Assembly: GCA_016931955.1 (NCBI GenBank)
Contig: JAFGDV010000044.1
Location: 1-26,459 of the forward strand
DNA from: Candidatus Altiarchaeota archaeon
GTDB lineage: Archaea; Altiarchaeota; Altiarchaeia; IMC4; QMZM01
Direction of reading: 5' to 3'
DNA: 26,459 nucleotides
Shown piece after piece: positions 16,970 to 24,874 of this stretch (positions are counted from its first letter, which is position 1; every line of letters starts with the position of its first letter). The translations under genes were made by a program, and so were the position numbers. Below the pieces are notes generated by a model. It saw only the letters and a program-made list of their open reading frames with translations. It had not been told where the DNA came from and did no database searches.

Positions 16970-17323
16970 GTGGCACAGAAGAAAACGAAGAAGAAACAAG
17001 CAAAAGAAAAAAGTGATATAGCTTCAGAGCGAGTTGACATCCTCTTCAGGCTGGCTGACGAAGCTGCCTTATCAGGCGACCTTGACGGCGCTGATGAATA
17101 CATTCAACAGGCTAGGAGGATAGCTATGAAGTCTAACCTGAGGATACTAAAAGAGTGCAAGAGACGATTCTGTAAGTATTGCTACTGCTATCTACTGCCC
17201 TCAGTGACATCTCAAGTGAGGTTAAACCCAAGAGAGCACAGGGTGGAAGTGAAATGCCTCAAATGTATGAGGGTGAGCTTTTATCCCTTCGTGCGTGAGG
17301 TAAAGGAGAGAAGGAAAAAATGA
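16970..17323 (+). CDS. rnp4: RNase P protein component 4 (Rpp21)
   Basis: IASERVDILF, ARRIAMK, KRRFCKYC, CLKC zinc ribbon. Confidence 0.93.
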   Translation: MAQKKTKKKQAKEKSDIASERVDILFRLADEAALSGDLDGADEYIQQARRIAMKSNLRILKECKRRFCKYCYCYLLPSVTSQVRLNPREHRVEVKCLKCMRVSFYPFVREVKERRKK

Positions 17324-17556
17324 GGGAAAAAACAAAGACGTTGCAGATAGGGAAAAACGGTGTGACAGAAAGCATGCTGGAGGAGATTAAAACCCAGTTG
17401 AAGAAAAACAAAACCATTAAGGTGAGGATTTTAAGGTCGGCGAAGGCAGGAAAAAGCAGCAGGGAAATTGCTGGAGAGGTCGCTGCACATGTTGACGCCT
17501 TGTTAGTGGATGTGAGGGGTAATACGTTCATCCTCAAAAAAGGGCAGATATTTTAA
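17320..17556 (+). CDS. YhbY/CRM-family RNA-binding protein
   Basis: LQIGKNGVTE, IKVRILRS, VRGNTFIL; conserved neighbour of rnp4. Confidence 0.9.
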   Translation: MREKTKTLQIGKNGVTESMLEEIKTQLKKNKTIKVRILRSAKAGKSSREIAGEVAAHVDALLVDVRGNTFILKKGQIF

Positions 17557-17595
17557 GGTAGAGTCCAATAATCATATAGGTGTTGTTCTCTGAAA

Positions 17596-17892
17596 ATGGC
17601 TGAACTGCGTAAGTTGGTTCTGGATGTGTTGAAGCCTCACACACCAGATATCGTCACATTCGCGAAGGAGCTGGCTTCTCTGCAAGGAATCGACGGCGTT
17701 AACATAAGCGTTTATGAGATAGATAAAGAGGTGGAGAACGTAAAGATAACGATAGTTGGTAAATTCGCTGAAGTGAACCCTATCAGGAACATAATAACGG
17801 ATGCTGGTGGAACCATACACTCCATAGACGAAGTCGCTGCAGGCAGAGAAGTCGTTGAAGAGGATGTCACACTACATGACAGACGACATTAA
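17596..17892 (+). CDS. DUF211-family protein
   Basis: RKLVLDVLKPH.P, GVNI, GGTIHSIDEVAAG. Confidence 0.88.
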   Translation: MAELRKLVLDVLKPHTPDIVTFAKELASLQGIDGVNISVYEIDKEVENVKITIVGKFAEVNPIRNIITDAGGTIHSIDEVAAGREVVEEDVTLHDRRH

Positions 17893-18130
17893 GCTGAGGG
17901 TTGAAAGATATCTTGAGAAAGCGAAACCATTATTCGAGGATTTAAGTGTCGGATTGCCTGAAAAAATAGATCTCGACAAGGTCTCCTCTGAGTTCTATTC
18001 GATGGCTGTCTCCTATTACAAGGATGCAGTGCATTTCTATGAAACAGGTAATTATGTGAATGCCTTAGCCGCCCTCGAGTACGCGGAGGGTTGGATGGAT
18101 GCGGGTAAGAGGCTTGGGGTCTTCAAGTAG
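17876..18130 (+). CDS. DUF357-family protein
   Basis: SYYKDAVHFYETGNYVNALAALEYAEGWMDAGKRLG; start position uncertain. Confidence 0.85.
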   Translation: MTDDIKLRVERYLEKAKPLFEDLSVGLPEKIDLDKVSSEFYSMAVSYYKDAVHFYETGNYVNALAALEYAEGWMDAGKRLGVFK

Positions 18131-19090
18131 CTACTCCATCGGAGACTCTATACTATCCAATATCTTCGTTATTATGTCGTCGGGTGTTACCCTCATTGAG
18201 GAATACTCAGAGTACAGCAAAATCCTGTGTCTGAGGATCGGGTGCGCAAGCCTTCTGACATCGTTGGCTGTGACGTAATCCCTGCCCTCAAGAAAAGCCA
18301 GCGTCTTCGCCGCCAACATGAACGCGATGGATGCCCTCGGCCCCGCCCCAGAATGTATCTCCCTGCGGTTCCTCGTCGCCTGAACTATTTTCACAGAGTA
18401 CTCGAGAACCGAATCCGAGACCTCCACAGTCTCCTCTATCTCCCTCTGGATGATAAGGATCTCTGGCGGATTGAATATCACGGCAGGTTCTTCATAGGAT
18501 AGCTTGGACTTTGTGATCATTATCTCCTCCTCTTGGGAGGGGTATTCTATAACTGATTTAAATAGGAACCTATCCAGCTGAGCCTCAGGTAATGAAAAGA
18601 CCCCCTCCTGCTCTATTGGGTTCTGCGTTGCTAAAACGATGAAGGGCTTAGGTAATTTATGGGTTATGCCCCCAAGGGATACTACCTTCTCCTCCATCGC
18701 CTCAAGGAGGGCTGCCTGTGTCTTAGGTGGTGACCTGTTTATCTCGTCCATCAAGAGGATGTTTGTGAATATCGGCCCCTTCTGCAAGGTCTGATTGCCG
18801 GTCTGCTCGTCTAGGTATATCCCCCCCAGGATGTCCTTGGCTTGGAGATCAGGTGTCCCCTGAACCCTCTTGAATTCACAATCCAATGTCCGGGATATCG
18901 TCCGAGATATTAGTGTCTTCCCTGTGCCTGGAACGCTTTCAAGAAGGATGTGGCCCCCACAGAATAAGGCAATTAGCATCTCTTCGATGACCTTGTCGTT
19001 GCCGACAACTACCTTATGGACTTCATGGTTTAGTTGAGCGAACAGCTGCTTTATATCCCTGTCCCGCTCCAAGCCCTTGATTTCTACCAT
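18131..19090 (-). CDS. MoxR-family AAA+ ATPase
   Basis: GHILLESVPGTGKT, LLMDEINR, ATQNPIEQEG, LPEAQLDRF, GPRA, LRHR. Confidence 0.95.
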   Translation of the reverse strand: MVEIKGLERDRDIKQLFAQLNHEVHKVVVGNDKVIEEMLIALFCGGHILLESVPGTGKTLISRTISRTLDCEFKRVQGTPDLQAKDILGGIYLDEQTGNQTLQKGPIFTNILLMDEINRSPPKTQAALLEAMEEKVVSLGGITHKLPKPFIVLATQNPIEQEGVFSLPEAQLDRFLFKSVIEYPSQEEEIMITKSKLSYEEPAVIFNPPEILIIQREIEETVEVSDSVLEYSVKIVQATRNRREIHSGAGPRASIAFMLAAKTLAFLEGRDYVTANDVRRLAHPILRHRILLYSEYSSMRVTPDDIITKILDSIESPME

Positions 19091-19135
19091 ATGATATATT
19101 TTTCCTGTCTGTTTAAATACTTACAGGGATTAACA

Positions 19136-22045
19136 TCAACCCTGCTTGTTTTTTTTGTCTTTGATGCTGTTCAGTATTTCCCCACTCTCCCCTTGGCTCT
19201 TCCTCAGGAAATCCTCATATTCCTTAGTCCATCCCCCCCCAAGAGAGTCTTCTAATATGTTTATTGACTTATCAAGTAGTTCTTTAGCGCTATCATAGTC
19301 TTTATCCCCCATTGCCTTCTTCGCCTTAACCCTGAGAGAGAAGGCATTGACGACATTAATCTGGGACCTTATCAGCGACTTGTCTCTTTCACTGGTTGTC
19401 TTCCCTACAACCTTATCGTAGTGATCAACTGATTCATCCAGATACTTCTCGGCATTCAGCAGATCGTTAAGGTTCTCATAGCAGTCCGCCACATTAAACT
19501 CGGTGTCTGCTATCTGCTTAAGCTGCTCCATGGATAGTTCCCCAACCTTCTTTAATTCATCTACGTATTGTGTGTAGGCTTTTATTGCTTTTTTATAGCA
19601 TTCTTCCATCTTTGTGGAGTCTACAGACTTCTTTAGCGCGAATTCCTTCAAGCAATTTGCAGCGTTCTTGTAGCCCTCCGCGGCATGGAAGAGGTTATTG
19701 TTTTTCAATTGAGTATCAGCGTACTTTTGGTAGGCATTAACGGCATCCTTGTAATTCCTGTAGTCCGCCGTCGGCTTTTCAACGATCTCTATTGATATGT
19801 TAGTAGAGGATTTCACGTATTTGTTTCCTCTCGTATCCTGGTACAACACCTCCAGTGGCTTTATCCGGTACTTCTCTTTTTTCTTAGGTGATAACTCAAT
19901 GAAGCTCTGGACTGACTTCTTCGCAGCAAGCTCCTCTATCATCGGCGGAGATCTTATCACCTTAATCTCCTCCGGAAGGTGAGGTAAGAAGGATATCTTC
20001 TTTATAGATTGATTCCCGTGGTTTGTTACGGTCATATTCAATAGGAGTGAGGTGTCAACAAAGGAATACGATGAATGGTCTATGACGAGGCTTATCTCCG
20101 GTTTTTCGCCGACTTCCGTAAGCAGTTTCCTTGCCTCCCCAACGTTGTTCTCCAGAAAACGCAGGTATCTCTCATCCCACTCACCTTGAGAAATAGACTC
20201 CTCAAATCTCTCTATTGCAGTAGATAAGAGACTGCTCGCAAGGGGGTAATCCCCCCGCTGTATTGCAAGCTTTGCACTAACCATGGACAGAAAAGCCTCG
20301 GATAAGATCACCCTCCCTGTGTTGTTCTCGGTCTTGAAGTAACTCAAAGCATCCTCAAAGAATTTTTTGGTGTTAAGCAGATTACCAAGCACTCTGTTAG
20401 ATTCCGCAATCCCCAGATATGCTTCACCTATGTTGGATACGTCGTCTGCTGTTATCCCCAGTTTCCTTAGTTTCTCCACGTATTTTAGGTATGTCTGATT
20501 CGCCTTATTGTATCTGTCCACCATAGGATCCTTCTGCCCCAGTTCAGAATAACTATCTCCAGCCTTCCTGAAGCCTTCTGCGGCATGGAAGAGGTTTCCT
20601 CTTTCAAGCTGCTCTTCAGCATAATCCGTAAATTCCCGACCAGCCTGCAGATACTCGTTGATCTCGAAGAAACATTGAGCGCTTTTATTTGGTTTTCCAG
20701 CGGTCTTGTATCTCTCAGCTGCTTTTGTGAATGTGTTGAAGAAATCACCTAAGTCTTCCCTTTTTTCGAGGAGCCCCATCTTGAGGTATAGATCAGCTTC
20801 TAGGTCGTGCTTCTGCACGCTCTCATATGCTTTTGCGGCTTTTGCATAGAACTCTATGGCTTCGGCGAATTTTCCATCAACCGCATATGAATCCCCGAGT
20901 TTAGTATATAGCTCAGCCGCCTTTACATATCCCTTAGAGTAGTCCCTGTTCTTCGGGTCGGCGGAAGCGTATCTGGCATAACTAACGTATGAGTCGGCGG
21001 CTTGCTCATAATCACCAAGCATTACATAACACGAGCTGATATTCACATAATTCTCGGCTGCATCTGCAAGATTGCCCAATCTTGAGCTTATGGTGCTGGA
21101 CTTCTTGTAGTAGTTTATCGCATCCACATATTTTTTCATCTTCTGGTAGCATCTTCCAACATTTTTGAAGGCTTCGGCCGCCAAAGCATCATCGTTGTCC
21201 AGACTCGTCTCCCCCGCCTTTATGTAGTATTGAACTGCGTTATCGAGATTACCAGCTTCCTCGTAGTTCTGGGCTACGCCGATATATGTCTTAGCCACGT
21301 CCGCATAGCGTTCGATCTCCGTTCCCAGCTCCGCGGCGCTTATATAGTCTTTGACTGCGTCTTCGTGCTTGCCCTGTTTTCTAAGGATGTCTGCTGCGAG
21401 GCGATAGTTTCTGCTTGCTGAATTGATATCGCCGATGGTGGAGCTAAGCTGGGCAGCACGAGTATAGGACTCATACGCCGGATCATAGGCGTTAGCCTTC
21501 TCATAGAGCTCACCCACCTTGGAGTAAGACGAACTGGCAATGAGGTGGTTTTCCAGTTTGAGGTACATGTCAGCAATCTCTCTGAACACGTCCGCTGATT
21601 CCTTGTATAGACCAACTTCCTCGTAGGTCTTGGATGCGAACTCAAAGTATACGTTCGCGCTCGGATACTCTTTCAGCTCCAGATACATCGCTGCCGCCTT
21701 TTTATAGTAGCCAGCAGCCTTCGAGAAATCCCTCATCCGCTCCTCCTTCCTGTAATGGCTTACGTTCTTGTGGCAGTCGCCGATCTTTATATAGTATGGA
21801 ACAAGTTTGAAGTAGTCCTTTACAGTGTACTCTGGTCTCGACTTCATGATCTTAAGCTTGAGTTCCAGGAAGGTTAGATACGCATCCAGGGCATGACCAT
21901 AGTCATTGATTTTTTCAAAATGCTGGGCCCTCTTAAGCCAGGTCTTCAATTCCATATCATCCTTGGTTTTTTTCATCCAATCAGAAGCCGATCTTTGCTC
22001 TGATTTCAGGAGGGATGTGATGGATTTTTTTATAACCTTCTTCAT
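19136..22045 (-). CDS. Large alpha-SNAP/TPR-like repeat protein with inserted Ig-like (BatD/CARDB-like) domain
   Basis: About 20-aa helical repeats A..Y.KAA..Y across most of 969 aa; beta-rich segment LNMTVTNHG...YRIKPLEVLYQD..G at about aa 650-757; no signal peptide or TM. Confidence 0.75.
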   Translation of the reverse strand: MKKVIKKSITSLLKSEQRSASDWMKKTKDDMELKTWLKRAQHFEKINDYGHALDAYLTFLELKLKIMKSRPEYTVKDYFKLVPYYIKIGDCHKNVSHYRKEERMRDFSKAAGYYKKAAAMYLELKEYPSANVYFEFASKTYEEVGLYKESADVFREIADMYLKLENHLIASSSYSKVGELYEKANAYDPAYESYTRAAQLSSTIGDINSASRNYRLAADILRKQGKHEDAVKDYISAAELGTEIERYADVAKTYIGVAQNYEEAGNLDNAVQYYIKAGETSLDNDDALAAEAFKNVGRCYQKMKKYVDAINYYKKSSTISSRLGNLADAAENYVNISSCYVMLGDYEQAADSYVSYARYASADPKNRDYSKGYVKAAELYTKLGDSYAVDGKFAEAIEFYAKAAKAYESVQKHDLEADLYLKMGLLEKREDLGDFFNTFTKAAERYKTAGKPNKSAQCFFEINEYLQAGREFTDYAEEQLERGNLFHAAEGFRKAGDSYSELGQKDPMVDRYNKANQTYLKYVEKLRKLGITADDVSNIGEAYLGIAESNRVLGNLLNTKKFFEDALSYFKTENNTGRVILSEAFLSMVSAKLAIQRGDYPLASSLLSTAIERFEESISQGEWDERYLRFLENNVGEARKLLTEVGEKPEISLVIDHSSYSFVDTSLLLNMTVTNHGNQSIKKISFLPHLPEEIKVIRSPPMIEELAAKKSVQSFIELSPKKKEKYRIKPLEVLYQDTRGNKYVKSSTNISIEIVEKPTADYRNYKDAVNAYQKYADTQLKNNNLFHAAEGYKNAANCLKEFALKKSVDSTKMEECYKKAIKAYTQYVDELKKVGELSMEQLKQIADTEFNVADCYENLNDLLNAEKYLDESVDHYDKVVGKTTSERDKSLIRSQINVVNAFSLRVKAKKAMGDKDYDSAKELLDKSINILEDSLGGGWTKEYEDFLRKSQGESGEILNSIKDKKNKQG

Positions 22046-22097
22046 TTTAGTTGCCGTTACCTATTTGAAATTTAAGAAATAAAACCGTTTATCTTAT

Positions 22098-23804
22098 ATG
22101 TTTCCATCAATCAAGGAGGAAGTAAGGAACTTGCTTGAGAAGGCTGCTAAGGAGCCCGTTTCCATCGACGATGTTGCAGGTTCCCCGGTAGCTGACATCT
22201 GCTCACCCATATCATTCCGAATCGCGAAAAAGAAGGGAAAGGATCCAGTACTAATAGCTGAGGAAATAGCTAAGAGGATAAAGCCCACAGGCATAATCAA
22301 GGAAGTTAAGGCTGAAAAAGGTTACATCAACTTCTTTCTTGACTACGGGAAGCTGCTCACCCCCTTAACGGAAGTAGTGTCCAGGGGAGCTGACTACGGC
22401 AGATTGAAGAGAAGAGATGAAAAAATCGTTTTAGAGCACACATCCATAAACCCCTCCGGCCCAGTCCACATAGGCAGGCTCAGGAACTCGCTCATCGGGG
22501 ATTCGCTTGCAAGGATTCTGCGGTTTAACGGCTACGAAGTGGAAACCCACTACTACGTGAACGACGTCGGAAAACAGATCGCTATAATCGCTCAAGGCTT
22601 CAAAGAAGGCATCAAACCAGATGAGTCAGTGGTAAAGGAATACAAAGAGTACAAAGACAAACCAGACTTTCAGGTGTTCTTCGAATACGTTGCCTCAAAC
22701 AAACTCTTTGAATCTGATCCAGGATTCGCTGAACGGGTTCAGAAGAACATATGGCTTGCGGAAAACGGAGACCGCGAAGCGCTTAAAGAAATAACCGACG
22801 TAGCCAAGAAATGCCTTAAAGGCCAGAAAGAGATCTTCGACAAACTAGACATAGGGTTTGATTTCTTCGACTTCGAGAGCGAATACATAAGAAACAATGA
22901 GGTTAAATCCGTCCTTGATTTTCTGAAAAAAAGCGAGTATGTGAGGAAGACGGAAAACGGCCTCGGTCTGGATCTTAGCTGCTTCGGACTGGAAAGGAGG
23001 GGGGGTCTTTCTATGCTTGCCAGAAGCGACGGCACATCAGTCTATCTCACAAGGGACATAGCCTACCACCTCAGAAAGATCGAACTAGGGGATAGGCTCA
23101 TAAACGTGCTCGGAGAAGACCATAAATTCGAGTTCCGGGAACTGAAGACTATTCTGGCAGAGGTCTATGGAATAAAAAAGCCTCTAGGAGTAGTCCACTA
23201 TTCCTTTGTCAGCTTTGAGGGTCTGGAATTATCCACCAGGAAGGGGCAGACTGCACCCATCGATAAACTCATTGATGAGGCGGTGGAGAAGGCAGAGAAT
23301 GAGATAACAAAGAGGGATATTGCGAGCAAAAATGTCGCCCCAGTAATCGGCATCGGCGCGATAAAGTATCACATACTCAAGACTTCTCCGCTTAAGCAGA
23401 TACTCTTTGATTGGGATGAAGCCCTCAGCTTTGAAGGAGAAGCATCTCCATATGTACAATATGCTCACGCCCGCTGTTGCAGCATCTTAAGGAAGTCAAA
23501 AACCGCCCCAGACCAGATCAATTTAAGTGACGACAGCCTCACAAAGGATGAAGAACAGCTGATCCTGAAGATAGCGAAATTCCCTGAAATTGTTGAATCC
23601 GCTGGAAGAGAGCTGAAGCCCAACATAATCGCAACCTATCTCTTTGAATTAGCCTCCTTGTTCAGCAGATTCTATAAGGAATGCCCTGTATTATCTGAGA
23701 TGGAAAAGATCAGGGATAGGCGTCTTCTCTTGGTGGATTCAACAAGACAGACTTTGAAGAATGGTCTGTATCTTCTTGGGATAGACGCCCCCGACAGGAT
23801 GTAG
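22098..23804 (+). CDS. argS: Arginine--tRNA ligase
   Basis: EHTSINPSGPVHIGRLRN, YYVNDVGKQ, RSDGTSVYLTRDIAYH, LSTRKG, PYVQYAHAR. Confidence 0.97.
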   Translation: MFPSIKEEVRNLLEKAAKEPVSIDDVAGSPVADICSPISFRIAKKKGKDPVLIAEEIAKRIKPTGIIKEVKAEKGYINFFLDYGKLLTPLTEVVSRGADYGRLKRRDEKIVLEHTSINPSGPVHIGRLRNSLIGDSLARILRFNGYEVETHYYVNDVGKQIAIIAQGFKEGIKPDESVVKEYKEYKDKPDFQVFFEYVASNKLFESDPGFAERVQKNIWLAENGDREALKEITDVAKKCLKGQKEIFDKLDIGFDFFDFESEYIRNNEVKSVLDFLKKSEYVRKTENGLGLDLSCFGLERRGGLSMLARSDGTSVYLTRDIAYHLRKIELGDRLINVLGEDHKFEFRELKTILAEVYGIKKPLGVVHYSFVSFEGLELSTRKGQTAPIDKLIDEAVEKAENEITKRDIASKNVAPVIGIGAIKYHILKTSPLKQILFDWDEALSFEGEASPYVQYAHARCCSILRKSKTAPDQINLSDDSLTKDEEQLILKIAKFPEIVESAGRELKPNIIATYLFELASLFSRFYKECPVLSEMEKIRDRRLLLVDSTRQTLKNGLYLLGIDAPDRM

Positions 23805-24191
23805 TCACAGCGTTCTCTGTTCCCCCAGAATAGATTCTAGGCTCAGATGTTTGTCGTTCGCCGTGACATTGTATTTTTTCTCCCTTAGGAGTTTTTTTAT
23901 GTTGAAGAACATGGGCTTCTTTTTGGGGAACTTAACTGCAAGATACGCCTCTGCATTGGATATTTCCATAAACCTCTTCAATTTAAGAACTGCCTCCTCC
24001 AGGTACGCTTTTTCCCTCCTCGTCGTCTTACACTCTACTGCAATGATCTTCCCTTCTCTGACACCGATGACGTCAGGCACCGGCTGACCTACTGAGCCGC
24101 TGCCTGCCGCCCTCAACGCCGCCCAACCATGACTCCAGAACTCATTCACAACATCCCTCTCAAACCGAGCACCCTTCTGGTAATTCGTCAT
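23805..24191 (-). CDS. hjc: Holliday junction resolvase Hjc
   Basis: YQKGARFER, RAAGSG, PDVIG, IAVECK, LAVKF. Confidence 0.93.
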   Translation of the reverse strand: MTNYQKGARFERDVVNEFWSHGWAALRAAGSGSVGQPVPDVIGVREGKIIAVECKTTRREKAYLEEAVLKLKRFMEISNAEAYLAVKFPKKKPMFFNIKKLLREKKYNVTANDKHLSLESILGEQRTL

Positions 24192-24265
24192 CCTGGTTTT
24201 TCTCCTCTTTAGAAAGATACTAAATAGATTTATAAATATCTTAACTAAAATATTATTGTCGTATA

Positions 24266-24874
24266 ATGAACCCGAAGACAACAACATTGTTGGCTTTATT
24301 CTTATTATTGGCTGTATCATTCGCAGCCTACATCCTAGTGAAGCCCGGAGAGACCTCGACCACTACTACATCTACAACTTCCTCTACCTCGACCACCACC
24401 ACTACTCAGCCCTTTGCCGGAGCAGGTTGCCAGCTCATCGCCAGAGACTGCGTAGATGAAGCCTGCCCCTACTTTGACCTATGCGATGAGGGAGACTTCA
24501 CTGAATGCTGGGTCTACGACTGCCAGATAGAATACATGGTGAACATCACCAGAGCAGACGGCAGAAAAATAATCAAGACCTCACCCAAAAGCAAGACAAC
24601 CTACTCCAACACGCAACTGGAGGAGATCAAGAAGAGATGCTCAGGCAAGGTGGAGATCATAGAACAAGAATGCGTGAACAACAAACTACAACTGCAGGTA
24701 AGAGTCGAAACCGACGGAGTGTGTGGAATACAAGCCTTCATAGCAGATGCAGGAGGAGGATACCAGACACTCAACTTCAAGAAAACAAACAACACATACA
24801 ACCTAACCCTAAACCACTGCCCACAAGAATACAAAATAACCGCCATAACAGAAGGAGGAATAACAATAAAATGA
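24266..24874 (+). CDS. Membrane-anchored Cys-rich surface protein with Ser/Thr linker
   Basis: N-terminal hydrophobic helix, TSTTTTSTTSSTSTTTTT linker and ten Cys; translationally coupled to the next gene. Confidence 0.75.
   Translation: MNPKTTTLLALFLLLAVSFAAYILVKPGETSTTTTSTTSSTSTTTTTQPFAGAGCQLIARDCVDEACPYFDLCDEGDFTECWVYDCQIEYMVNITRADGRKIIKTSPKSKTTYSNTQLEEIKKRCSGKVEIIEQECVNNKLQLQVRVETDGVCGIQAFIADAGGGYQTLNFKKTNNTYNLTLNHCPQEYKITAITEGGITIK

Noticed and set aside
18125-23810. Zero-gap convergent stops (18130/18131 and 23804/23805)
   Set aside because: Ordinary for compact archaeal genomes.
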